26,014 nt of DNA from a virus (lineage: Duplodnaviria > Caudoviricetes). Positions 9,387 to 18,487 of the stretch are shown here, piece by piece; within the stretch, counting starts at the first letter, position 1; each line of letters begins with the position of its first letter. The stretch spans positions 1-26,014 of the IMG/VR virus record IMGVR_UViG_3300032303_001877. One strand, 5' to 3'. The translations under genes were made by a program, and so were the position numbers. The notes below the pieces were generated by a model that saw only the letters and a program-made list of their open reading frames with translations, did no database searches and was not told the origin of the DNA.

Positions 9387-10110
9387 TAGTTGCATTGACA
9401 AATACAATATAGGAACCGTGGACAGAATAAGTCCAGAGGCACCTGTTCCTGTATTAAAAATTATTGATACATACGAACTTCCGGGTATGGCTGCTAATGT
9501 TAATCTTAATTTAATTAACTTAAACATTGATGCAGACTTTGTTACTAATGATAGCCCTGTTACGAAGACTAGATTTATTGACGAGAGGTCTGGACAACAT
9601 TTACTTAGAGTTGATGATGAACCAATAGTACCTAGATGGAGTGGTCGTTGTCCAAAAAATATAGACAGTTATGATGCTATCATTGTATCAGACTACAACA
9701 AGGGATTTTTAGATTACGATCAAATATATTTCATAATTAAGAGTTCATCTTGCCCCGTGTTCATTGATACTAAAAAACAAGATTTGAATATGTTCAATAT
9801 GCCTGACGTATTTGTTAAGGTCAATGAATTGGAATATAAGAATGCTACATCCAAACACAATAATCTAATTGTTACATTAGGTAGTCGAGGTGCAATGTAC
9901 AATGATCAAATATACTCTACCAAAAAAGTAGAAGTTATGGATGTGTGTGGGTGTGGAGATACCTTTATGGCGGCGCTGGTTGCCCAATATCTCTTTACAA
10001 AAGACATAGAAAAAGCTATAATATTTGCTAACGTAGCGGCAGGTATAACTGTGCAACACCGCGGTAACTACGCACCATCATACGACGAGATTAGACGTGC
10101 CGGATATTGA
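9328..10110 (+). CDS. HldE/RfaE domain I-like PfkB-family kinase (HldA-type heptose-7-phosphate kinase)
   Basis: IGDSCID, RISPEAPVPV, GMAANV, SDYNKG and the PfkB anion hole DVCGCGDTF. Confidence 0.88.
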   Translation: MNLSQDTQQQTLFNVLLIGDSCIDKYNIGTVDRISPEAPVPVLKIIDTYELPGMAANVNLNLINLNIDADFVTNDSPVTKTRFIDERSGQHLLRVDDEPIVPRWSGRCPKNIDSYDAIIVSDYNKGFLDYDQIYFIIKSSSCPVFIDTKKQDLNMFNMPDVFVKVNELEYKNATSKHNNLIVTLGSRGAMYNDQIYSTKKVEVMDVCGCGDTFMAALVAQYLFTKDIEKAIIFANVAAGITVQHRGNYAPSYDEIRRAGY

Positions 10111-10678
10111 TATTGACTTTGCTGATAGAAATAAAGTGCTTGACAAAATCAAGCACGTACCTGCGGCTATAGTAGAAAAAGATGGAACTTTTAAAAAGCA
10201 CAATACTGGCGTATATTGTACGTCTATTCCCTACAATCCATTAACTGGAACAGCTAGCATTGATTACAAGTCAGCAGATGATAGGGGATACTTTAAAATT
10301 GATTTTCTTAATGTTAGCCTCTATCAACAAATAAAAAACGAAGAACAGTTAACGAGATTAGTTGCCACAGAACCTTTGTGGGATTTGCTTGAACAGAGAG
10401 AGTTTTCGGATTTACTGTTTCATGTTAACGGACATCATAGTATTCTGTCTCAAATGAAGCCAAAGAATATCCTGCAACTTGCCGCAGTATTGGCAATGAT
10501 TCGTCCTGCAAAAAGACATTTGATAGGTAAAAGTTGGGGAGAAGTTATGAGTGACGTCTGGGTAAAACCAGAAGGCGAGGAATATTATTTTAAAAAGGCC
10601 CATGCTGTGGCCTATGCTCATGTTATTGTTGTGCAGATGAATTTAATCTGCGAAGGTATTAGCTACGGATATTCTTAG
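10097..10678 (+). CDS. Miniature DnaE-like (C-family DNA polymerase alpha) catalytic core
   Basis: PDIDIDF, KHNTG, GYFKIDFLNV, LAAVLAMIRPA and YYFKKAHAVAYA occur in DnaE order within 193 aa; GTG start. Confidence 0.8.
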   Translation: MPDIDIDFADRNKVLDKIKHVPAAIVEKDGTFKKHNTGVYCTSIPYNPLTGTASIDYKSADDRGYFKIDFLNVSLYQQIKNEEQLTRLVATEPLWDLLEQREFSDLLFHVNGHHSILSQMKPKNILQLAAVLAMIRPAKRHLIGKSWGEVMSDVWVKPEGEEYYFKKAHAVAYAHVIVVQMNLICEGISYGYS

Positions 10679-11042
10679 GAATTCTAACTAATTGAATTGA
10701 TTTTCTCTTAATTCTTTTTTCAGCAATCTCACTAAGATTTACCACAGGCCCAAAAATTATTTCTGCATCTTTGCTATTGAATGTTTTAATAGCATATCTA
10801 AAAGCCTGCATTTCTTTCTTCAGAAAAATATTAATAGGTATTTTCCTATTACTTTCCCACCACCATGCTTCGCCCATTTCTAAAAATATCTTTTTTTCTT
10901 CATCAGATTTAATAGCGGATATATCATACATACTAGCTATGTAGCTGTCGAAATTGATGACAATCCCCACATACTCTATGTCATTGGATTTGACGCAGGC
11001 AATGAAAGGATAGTTTTCTTGAAAGGTATTGTTTAAGGGCAT
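10659..11042 (-). CDS. Hypothetical phage protein
   Basis: 127-aa ORF filling the gap, with a WWWESNR motif; TATAAATA upstream on the - strand. Confidence 0.75.
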   Translation of the reverse strand: MPLNNTFQENYPFIACVKSNDIEYVGIVINFDSYIASMYDISAIKSDEEKKIFLEMGEAWWWESNRKIPINIFLKKEMQAFRYAIKTFNSKDAEIIFGPVVNLSEIAEKRIKRKSIQLVRIPKNIRS

Positions 11043-11043
11043 C

Positions 11044-11082
11044 GATAAATACTAATATGCAAATTTTACCAATCTATTTATA
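11044..11082. promoter_or_regulatory. Pair of T4-late-like promoters
   Basis: GATAAATA (+, 11044-11051) and TATAAATA (-, 11075-11082). Confidence 0.5.
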
Positions 11083-11890
11083 TTCTAATACACTCGATGT
11101 AATATTAGATTTGGATTCGACAGTTCGAGGAGTGAATCAGGTTATGTATCAACGCGACTTAACAATACAAAAGGGTATCAAGAATCAGGTACGCATTCAA
11201 TTTAAGAATAGCGACCAGAAACGTGTATCTATTAGTAATACCCAGACATTTGTTTTTTCCATGTTTGATGCCATTGACCAGCGTCAACTTATTGAAAAGA
11301 GATTGGAAGTTTTAGAAGAAAGTACAGGCACTAAAGGAATAGCGTTACTAACACTATCTGAGAGTGATACAGTTGATCTAACCCGTACTAGCTACAAATA
11401 TACTGTAAAGATGCAAGACACAGATGGTACTTATCTTCCTACATATGCTAACACCTATTATGGAGTTGCTGGTACTCTGCATGTCCAACAAGACGTATTT
11501 CCTATCCTGCAACCTAGCCAAGAGATAATTTCATTCTTACCTACTTATAACGATGCCATATTCAAATACGAGCATAAGAGCGGGAATGTTTATGCTTATC
11601 CAGAATACAACGGAAATAACGCCCTGCACACAATGGCAATTTATATGACCGCCTATAAAGGTACAGTTTATATCCAAAGTACATTGGACAACAGCCCAGG
11701 TGCTTCTGGAAACTATGTCACTATTGCCACAAAGGTATACAACGGTTTTACCGGTATTGATTGTATAAATTTTACGGGTGTGTTTACCTATGTTCGAGTC
11801 ATGCACGTTCCGGCTACAGCTCCTGCGGAATCAAATAATGACAATCCTGCTTACTACGGTTCGCTTGACAAAGTTCTATACAGATGCTAA
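11057..11890 (+). CDS. Probable virion structural protein (beta-rich; baseplate-like)
   Basis: T/Y/V-rich beta pattern; preceded by a late-like promoter. Confidence 0.5.
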   Translation: MQILPIYLYSNTLDVILDLDSTVRGVNQVMYQRDLTIQKGIKNQVRIQFKNSDQKRVSISNTQTFVFSMFDAIDQRQLIEKRLEVLEESTGTKGIALLTLSESDTVDLTRTSYKYTVKMQDTDGTYLPTYANTYYGVAGTLHVQQDVFPILQPSQEIISFLPTYNDAIFKYEHKSGNVYAYPEYNGNNALHTMAIYMTAYKGTVYIQSTLDNSPGASGNYVTIATKVYNGFTGIDCINFTGVFTYVRVMHVPATAPAESNNDNPAYYGSLDKVLYRC

Positions 11891-11893
11891 ACT
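11865..11893 (+). promoter_or_regulatory. sigma70 promoter for primase-helicase, embedded in the upstream gene end; leaderless
   Basis: TTGACA-17bp-TAAACT, where the TAA is the upstream stop codon; the GTG start is 6 nt later. Confidence 0.65.
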
Positions 11894-11899
11894 GTATTA

Positions 11900-12898
11900 G
11901 TGAACGATATACAATCTGCATTATTAGCATTACTTCCGTCTAAGAGAAAACTAACTACAGGTGGTTGGACAAGTTTCAACGCACCTTGCTGTCAGCATCG
12001 CGGTGAAGGGCAGGACACTAAACTTCGAGGTGGAGTACGTGTAGAAAGTGACGGATTTGTATACCACTGTTTCAATTGCCACTTTGCCGCGGGATGGACT
12101 CCTGGTAAACTACTAAGCAAAAATACCAGAAACTTATTCAGCTGGTTAGGTATGAACGAAGCCGATATTGGTAAACTCAATCTAGCCGCCCTAAAGATCA
12201 AAGACGATCAACCTGTTCTTAAGAAAACACTAAATTTGGTAATGCTTGAAAAACCATTACCCGAAGAATGTTTTCCTATTGATAATTGGATTACCAACGG
12301 TGTCCAGGAACCTGACTTACTTGCTGTGATTTCTTATCTTGTAGATGAGCGTAAGATGAGTTGGGATTGGTACAACTGGCATTGGAGTGCGGCTCCTGGA
12401 TTCCGTGACCGAGTTATCATTCCTTTCTATCACGAAGGTAAGGTTGTCGGGTATACTGGACGAAAAATTAAACCAGGTAACCCTAAGTATCTCACTGATA
12501 GTCAAAGTGGTTATGTGTTTAATTTAGATGCACAACATTACGATCGTAAGTTTGTGATTGTAGCAGAAGGACAGTTTGATGCTATTGCTATCGACGGTGT
12601 GGGTATTATGACCAACGAGCCCAACGATGCTCAAATCATGCGATTGAATAACTTAGGTCGTGAAGTTATTGTAGTGCCTGATAGAGACAAGCCAGGTGCT
12701 AAGATGTTAGCGGCTGCTATCAAGAACGGCTGGAGTGCCAGTTTGCCGCCGTGGGGTGATGATGTCAAAGACATTGCAGATGCAGTTAAAAAGTACGGTA
12801 GACTCTATGTGCTAAGTACTATTCTTCACTATAAAGTCCACGGCGAGATTAAGATTAATTTACTAAAGAAAAAACTAGAAGCACTAAAAGATGAATAA
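11900..12898 (+). CDS. DNA primase (T4 gp61/DnaG-like, Zn ribbon + TOPRIM)
   Basis: Zn ribbon CC...HCFNC, RVIIPF, GYTGR, PKYL, EGQFDA, DRDKPG and KDIAD motifs. Confidence 0.92.
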   Translation: MNDIQSALLALLPSKRKLTTGGWTSFNAPCCQHRGEGQDTKLRGGVRVESDGFVYHCFNCHFAAGWTPGKLLSKNTRNLFSWLGMNEADIGKLNLAALKIKDDQPVLKKTLNLVMLEKPLPEECFPIDNWITNGVQEPDLLAVISYLVDERKMSWDWYNWHWSAAPGFRDRVIIPFYHEGKVVGYTGRKIKPGNPKYLTDSQSGYVFNLDAQHYDRKFVIVAEGQFDAIAIDGVGIMTNEPNDAQIMRLNNLGREVIVVPDRDKPGAKMLAAAIKNGWSASLPPWGDDVKDIADAVKKYGRLYVLSTILHYKVHGEIKINLLKKKLEALKDE

Positions 12899-14366
12899 AG
12901 AAAAACACGATAAACCTAACTATGACTTTGCCATGCAGAAGTTATATCTAGAAATGTTCCTGTCAGATGCGGAAACATTTGTACGCTGTCAAAACATCTT
13001 TGATCACGAAAACTTTGATCAAAGACTACAAGATGCCGCAGAGTTTGTTAACAAGTATGTTGACGAATATAAGGTCATGCCCGAAGTTGCTATTGTCAAT
13101 GCAGCCACACGCAGTGACTTCCAGACACTGACATTGCCTAGAGAAAACTATGATTGGCTCATGGATGAGTTTGAAAGTTTTAGCCGCCATAAAGGCCTAG
13201 AACGTGCCATTGTTAAGAGCAGTGATTTATTGGAAGCAGGAGACTACGGCCCGGTTGAAAAGCTGATCAAGGATGCTATCCAAATTAGCTTGAACAAAGA
13301 CATGGGCACAGATTATTTTGAGGATCCTAGAGGACGGCTTGAAGCACTCAAGGACGGAAATGGACAGATTAGCACAGGCTGGCCTGCTGTTGACAAGAAA
13401 TTGTATGGTGGTTTTAACCGCGGTGAGTTGAATATTTTCTGTGCAGGATCGGGCGGTGGTAAGAGTTTGTTCCTAGCCAACTTAGGCGTGAACTGGGCAC
13501 AGCAAGGACTTAATGTATTATACTTAACATTCGAATTGAGTGAGAAACTAGTGTCAATGCGCCTAGATTCTATGACCACAGGTATTCCAACTCGTGAGAT
13601 CTTTAAGAACATCGATGACGTCGAATTGAAGGTTAAAATGATGGGAAAGAAGGCGGGAAGTATGCAGATCAAGTATATGCCCTCAGGTAAAAATTGTAAC
13701 GATATTCGAGCCTATTTGAAGGAATATCAGGTCAAAAAAGGTGTGAAACCGGACGTTTTATTAATAGATTACCTCGATTTGATGATGCCTTTATCTGTGA
13801 AGGTATCGCCCAGCGATCTGTTTGTTAAAGACAAATATGTGTCGGAAGAGATTCGCAATTTGGCCATGGAAACCCAATGTGTAACTGTTACAGCGTCACA
13901 GCTAAACCGTGCTGCCGTTGAAGAAATTGAGTTTGATCACAGTCATATTTCGGGTGGTTTGTCAAAGATTATGACTGCGGATAATGTCATAGGTATCTTT
14001 ACAAGTCGTGCTATGAAGGAACGTGGACGTTATCAAATACAGTTTATGAAGACGCGGTCAAGTTCGGGAGTAGGGCAAAAAGTTGATCTAGAATTTAACG
14101 TAGATACCCTCCGCATTACTGATCTGGGCGAAGAAGAAGAATCTAGCTTTAGCCAACAAAAAGCGCAGAGTCAGAGCTCAATGATGAATACATTTAAGCG
14201 TACCAGTGTCGTAAGCACAGCAACCGCAGATGAAACACCGTCATCCTCGCAGTGGGAACGGGCCAGTCCTAAAGAAGGTTTTAATCTAGAAAAGCCACGC
14301 TCAAAGCCGGCAGCTGCCCCTAGCATACGAAACATGTTAAATAATTTGAATCCAGAAAAAGATTGA
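12891..14366 (+). CDS. Replicative DNA helicase (T4 gp41/DnaB-like)
   Basis: Walker A GSGGGKS, IDYLDL, TASQLNR and MKTRSSSG motifs. Confidence 0.93.
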   Translation: MNKEKHDKPNYDFAMQKLYLEMFLSDAETFVRCQNIFDHENFDQRLQDAAEFVNKYVDEYKVMPEVAIVNAATRSDFQTLTLPRENYDWLMDEFESFSRHKGLERAIVKSSDLLEAGDYGPVEKLIKDAIQISLNKDMGTDYFEDPRGRLEALKDGNGQISTGWPAVDKKLYGGFNRGELNIFCAGSGGGKSLFLANLGVNWAQQGLNVLYLTFELSEKLVSMRLDSMTTGIPTREIFKNIDDVELKVKMMGKKAGSMQIKYMPSGKNCNDIRAYLKEYQVKKGVKPDVLLIDYLDLMMPLSVKVSPSDLFVKDKYVSEEIRNLAMETQCVTVTASQLNRAAVEEIEFDHSHISGGLSKIMTADNVIGIFTSRAMKERGRYQIQFMKTRSSSGVGQKVDLEFNVDTLRITDLGEEEESSFSQQKAQSQSSMMNTFKRTSVVSTATADETPSSSQWERASPKEGFNLEKPRSKPAAAPSIRNMLNNLNPEKD

Positions 14367-14367
14367 A

Positions 14368-15147
14368 ATGAAACGATATATAGTCAAGTTTTATGGTGGC
14401 GGCGGAGGCCACTTTTTACAAGAGCTAATTTTGTGGTGCGAGACACAGGAAAAAACAACATGCATTTATCCAACTGCTCATGCTCATAATACATTTACTA
14501 AATGGTTAAGTGAAAACGTAGAAAATGGAAAAGATCAAAACACAGTCAATCATAGATTAACCAGCAATAGCCCTTATGATTTCTTAATAACACACGGATT
14601 CGAAGCAAACGATATTTTTAAAATATATCAGAGAGATCCGGAAAACTTTAGAATGATTCACGTTGTTATGCAGAATCCGTTAGAACTAGCACTCTGTGAA
14701 TACAATCATTTTTACAAAAATCAGCGGATTGAGTACAAAAAAAATAAAATTGATTATGGACTATTTCCGCACTATAAAAATTTAATGAATAGTAGGGGTT
14801 ACGAAGAAGTTACTATGCCCGATTGGCAGACGGTTTCTACAGAAGACATGGCACAGATACTGATAAATCGAACTGTAGAACTCTGTGGACATTCACTTGC
14901 TGGTATGAAAAATAATTACCGCTACAAAACACTGCAAAAAATTCCCCACACGGAACTAACTGTAACTGACGTTATGGAAAACAGTCAGAAAATTTTAGAA
15001 ACAATATCAACCTTAGTTGGTAAACCTATTACAGATGCTATGTACGTCAACTGTAACCGATACGTTAACGCACAGCTGATTTTAAGGAAACGGTTCCCTG
15101 CCTATGAGCTTATCAAGGAATCATACAGCATATGGAATCCAATCTGA
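14368..15147 (+). CDS. Hypothetical protein, possibly P-loop/sulfotransferase-like fold
   Basis: N-terminal strand + glycine loop + helix (YIVKFYGGGGGHFLQELI). Confidence 0.6.
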   Translation: MKRYIVKFYGGGGGHFLQELILWCETQEKTTCIYPTAHAHNTFTKWLSENVENGKDQNTVNHRLTSNSPYDFLITHGFEANDIFKIYQRDPENFRMIHVVMQNPLELALCEYNHFYKNQRIEYKKNKIDYGLFPHYKNLMNSRGYEEVTMPDWQTVSTEDMAQILINRTVELCGHSLAGMKNNYRYKTLQKIPHTELTVTDVMENSQKILETISTLVGKPITDAMYVNCNRYVNAQLILRKRFPAYELIKESYSIWNPI

Positions 15148-15149
15148 AA

Positions 15150-15701
15150 TTAAAACCAGGCCGAAATCTGGTAGCGAGTACTTTCTTCCAAAGTTGTTTG
15201 CCATTGTTCTTCGCCTTCTAGGTTAAACACCGTTTCTATACTGGCAGGCACAGCTTCCCATTTGTAGCGAGTTTTAGTGTGCGGGGCAAGCTGACTTTCT
15301 AATTGATTTCTTTCCCATAACCAGTGTCCTGCACAGGCTCTAAAGTACTCAGGACCTTCTCCTCGACTTAGAGCCGCCAGCACAGATATATCGTTGGTTA
15401 CAGCTATATTTTCAGAAATTATCACAGTACTTAACCCTGTCCAATCTGTGCTGTGTACAACACTGATCTTTCCCAAACCGTTGTTACCCCCACGATAGAT
15501 GTCAGCATCTATGTCAAGATCAATGCCTAGGCTATCAGATATAGATCTAACATTTAGATTGTCGTAGGGATTATTAATTTGTAGGCCGCATACTGAATCA
15601 GCACCGTAGCCAATAAGAAGTATAACAGCTCGATCTAACTCATCTTTGGGATTGTTAGGATTGGCTGCTAATAGATGTCCTTGAAAGTTTTTCTTTGTCA
15701 T
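15150..15701 (-). CDS. YqgE/AlgH (DUF179) family protein
   Basis: GHLLAANP, RAVILL, GLQINNP, IYRGG, GHWLW...QLESQL and WEAVPA. Start moved to ATG 15701. Confidence 0.8.
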   Translation of the reverse strand: MTKKNFQGHLLAANPNNPKDELDRAVILLIGYGADSVCGLQINNPYDNLNVRSISDSLGIDLDIDADIYRGGNNGLGKISVVHSTDWTGLSTVIISENIAVTNDISVLAALSRGEGPEYFRACAGHWLWERNQLESQLAPHTKTRYKWEAVPASIETVFNLEGEEQWQTTLEESTRYQISAWF

Positions 15702-15711
15702 AACTAATTGG

Positions 15712-15729
15712 TATTTAACCACATAAATA
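15712..15729. promoter_or_regulatory. Back-to-back T4-late-like promoters
   Basis: GTTAAATA (-, 15712-15719) and CATAAATA (+, 15722-15729). Confidence 0.45.
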
Positions 15730-15736
15730 CACGGCT

Positions 15737-16432
15737 ATGAACTTTAACGAATTTTCTGCTCCCGTCGAATACAATCAAGTATTGAACCCAAAACTATGGG
15801 ATCACGATCATTTAAAACCTCGAGTCAAAGATGCTCTGTTACGAATCGCACAAGACTTTAAAAAGTTTGTGGACATCGAGTTTGCAGTAGTCGACGTTGT
15901 GATCACTGGCAGTAATGTCAACTACAACTATACCAGTAACAGCGACATTGATCTACACTTGATCACAGACTACAGCAGCATTGCCTGCGATCGAGAAGTA
16001 GCCGAATTATTTGATACCAAACGACATCTTTATGCAGAACAACATGATATAGAAATCTTTGGTATCCCTGTGGGCTTGTATGTAGAAGATCGTGATCATC
16101 CGGGAGTAAGTGCAGGCAGTTACAGCATCATCGACGACCAATGGCGTACCAAACCCACGCACAGTCAACCCGACTATGACCAAGAAGAAGTGGAAAAAAT
16201 GGCCCAAGTCTGGCGCACAGTTTTACGGCATGCCATACAAACTGGGGATTTACAAACCTGCAGAAGTAGTCTACAATTGTTACGTAAGTATAGAAAACTG
16301 GGTCTACAACAGTCCGCAGGTGAGTTTAGCACAGCAAACCTAGTTTACAAGGTTCTACGCAATGATCACACCCTAGCGGATATCACTGCCCTAGTTGACC
16401 GCTTACACGATAAAAATTTAAGTTTAACCTAA
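15737..16432 (+). CDS. Pol-beta superfamily nucleotidyltransferase
   Basis: hGS...DxD motif (ITGSNVNYNYTSNSDIDLH). Confidence 0.75.
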   Translation: MNFNEFSAPVEYNQVLNPKLWDHDHLKPRVKDALLRIAQDFKKFVDIEFAVVDVVITGSNVNYNYTSNSDIDLHLITDYSSIACDREVAELFDTKRHLYAEQHDIEIFGIPVGLYVEDRDHPGVSAGSYSIIDDQWRTKPTHSQPDYDQEEVEKMAQVWRTVLRHAIQTGDLQTCRSSLQLLRKYRKLGLQQSAGEFSTANLVYKVLRNDHTLADITALVDRLHDKNLSLT

Positions 16433-16433
16433 C

Positions 16434-16967
16434 ATGCCAACAATTTACCTAGACATGGATGGCGTTCTAGCCGACTTTAACACGGCCGCAAGAACCTACC
16501 TAAAAGCCACACCCCAAGAAGAACACGAAGCTGAACAAAATGGACGATGGCCCGAGCACAAGTGGCGCAGTCTTGTGGATGCTCCCAACTTCTATCGGCA
16601 TTTACCAAAAATGCCCAAGGCCGACGAGCTGGTCAAACTAGCTTATAGATTCAAGAATGAACTGGGTTGGGACCTAAGAATACTCACAGCCATACCCACA
16701 AACAATGAAGTCCCGGATGTATTCCAAGACAAATTTGATTGGATGGCAGAATACTATCCGGGTATTAGGCTGTGCTTTGGACCCTATTCCACGGACAAGC
16801 ATAGGCATGCCCGCCCGGGTGACATACTAGTTGATGATCGTGAGAGCAATTGCCGAGAATGGACCCAAGCAGGTCAGCGAGCAGTGCGTGTACTAGGCCA
16901 AGATTATCAAAGCGCCCTGGACGAACTTGCCCAGATACTGGACACCCTCAAGGGTACAGGTAATTAA
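16434..16967 (+). CDS. HAD-superfamily 5'(3')-deoxyribonucleotidase-like protein
   Basis: DMDGVLADF, ILTA, K and ILVDDRESN motifs. Confidence 0.85.
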   Translation: MPTIYLDMDGVLADFNTAARTYLKATPQEEHEAEQNGRWPEHKWRSLVDAPNFYRHLPKMPKADELVKLAYRFKNELGWDLRILTAIPTNNEVPDVFQDKFDWMAEYYPGIRLCFGPYSTDKHRHARPGDILVDDRESNCREWTQAGQRAVRVLGQDYQSALDELAQILDTLKGTGN

Positions 16968-17391
16968 CTGTATCGCTGTTGACACGGAACACTTCTGCCC
17001 CGTTTCTTAGATGAAATACCCGGGCCATGTCAGTGGGCGGCGACAGTGTGACAAATTGATTGATTTCCACTCTATTGGCCTGTATCCAACGACGAGCTGC
17101 AACAATCAAACTACGCCCACCCCTGGGTTGATAACTCCATATGGTGTAGAACACAGCCACACTGGCCGACAGGGGTTGTAGGATTAGATCAGCGGTATTT
17201 TCCGGAATACTATCTCTGTAGGCACAGCATACAGCAGCCATGGGTGTCAAGTCGAGTTCATCTAATAACACAAATATCTCACTGCTGGTGCTGACCCGGA
17301 ACTCTAGGGGAATCTCGGGGCGCACAGGATCATCTGTGATCAAAGAGCACAGTGGATCAGTTAGACTCTGTATGACGTGTAGCAGTGGCAT
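16948..17391 (-). CDS. Hypothetical protein, GNAT-like
   Basis: FYTIWSYQPRGGRSLI...TLSPPTDMARVFHLRNGA resembles GNAT motifs A/B; TATAAGTA upstream. Confidence 0.55.
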   Translation of the reverse strand: MPLLHVIQSLTDPLCSLITDDPVRPEIPLEFRVSTSSEIFVLLDELDLTPMAAVCCAYRDSIPENTADLILQPLSASVAVFYTIWSYQPRGGRSLIVAARRWIQANRVEINQFVTLSPPTDMARVFHLRNGAEVFRVNSDTVNYLYP

Positions 17392-17476
17392 ATCCGGGGT
17401 TCTCGGGGCAGTTATAGATGTACTTATACAAAGTAAAGATCAAGTGCTGGGATTTTGGCAATAAATATTTCACTGA

Positions 17477-18280
17477 GTGTTTAATGAAATAATGAAAAAG
17501 AAACCCGCTACCGTAATAGTCTTTGCCTCGGGCCTGGGCGGTAATCATGTGGCCAACCTTATCAGCATGGCCCCGGGCGTCCAGCCGCGATTCGTGGACC
17601 CTGGGAACCCGAGGCCCTACCCCTCTCAGATGTTAAAGAAATACTGCGCTTTCCACCATCAAGCAGATTTTGATCGATTTGATAATGGAAATCCCCTGCT
17701 GTTAAAACAACACGGCCAATCAGTGCTGGATCATCCCGGTCAATTCGTGTTCTGCTGCCATATCAGGCGGCTGTACGAACTGCTGGATAAAAGGTTAGTC
17801 GACACATACATTGATTACATCGACATCAAGCAGATAATCATAATTAACCGTGAGCACAGCAGTGAACTTGCCCACGATCGCTGGCGTTGGAAAATGCAGG
17901 AACTTTGGCACTTTTGGACTGCTAGACCCGATGCCCGAGATCAAACCCCAGAAGAACTGATGTGGGACTACCTAGCCCTACAGGGAGGCCCGAGGTTTGA
18001 TCCCTTTAACAAGGCCACTTATTCAAGAGACAACGTGCTGGCTGTGATTGATCTGGCTGGTTATAAGCTCAGTGATGACGTTGAGATAATGGAATGGGAT
18101 CCAGATGAACTATTCACGGACCAAGGTGACAAATATATAGTGCGTCGAGCACAGGAAGACCTCGGCCTGTTCATACCACCCTTGAGTATACTGGTACACG
18201 AATTATGGATTACAGCAATGAGAAAACTAGTTGATCGATTTAAAAATGAGGGAGAATGGCGGCCAGAAGAGCCCAAATAG
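17477..18280 (+). CDS. Hypothetical protein, possibly P-loop/sulfotransferase-like fold
   Basis: VIVFASGLGGNHVANLIS is similar in pattern to the 14368 ORF; the start may be ATG 17492. Confidence 0.6.
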   Translation: MFNEIMKKKPATVIVFASGLGGNHVANLISMAPGVQPRFVDPGNPRPYPSQMLKKYCAFHHQADFDRFDNGNPLLLKQHGQSVLDHPGQFVFCCHIRRLYELLDKRLVDTYIDYIDIKQIIIINREHSSELAHDRWRWKMQELWHFWTARPDARDQTPEELMWDYLALQGGPRFDPFNKATYSRDNVLAVIDLAGYKLSDDVEIMEWDPDELFTDQGDKYIVRRAQEDLGLFIPPLSILVHELWITAMRKLVDRFKNEGEWRPEEPK

Positions 18281-18452
18281 CGCGAAGCGCGACGCGGTAA
18301 AAATGATTTTTCTAGAATGAGTCCGCTGCCCTGATAATAGGCTAGATATACAATACTCCCACAGTGACTATACAACGTAGACATAATCAGCCCAGACCTC
18401 TATATACACGGGTAAAAAATGTGTAAAAAAATTTCAACTGACCAAAATCTGT

Positions 18453-18481
18453 TTGACAGACCAGTTTTTAACCCGTATACT
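18453..18481 (+). promoter_or_regulatory. sigma70 promoter, leaderless
   Basis: TTGACA-17bp-TATACT, 6 nt before ATG 18488. Confidence 0.7.
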
Positions 18482-18487
18482 AGTAGC

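Noticed and set aside
5930-10678. Split-intein trans-splicing of DnaE
   Set aside because: No intein halves are fused to the DnaE-like ORF, and the Hint-like ORF lacks catalytic residues.
10676-10687. TAG read-through or recoding extending the mini-DnaE
   Set aside because: An in-frame TAA follows two codons later, and core genes are intact under code 11.
11743-11752. GGTTTTACC copy inside the 11057 CDS
   Set aside because: It lies in coding sequence and not in a promoter spacer; plausibly chance.
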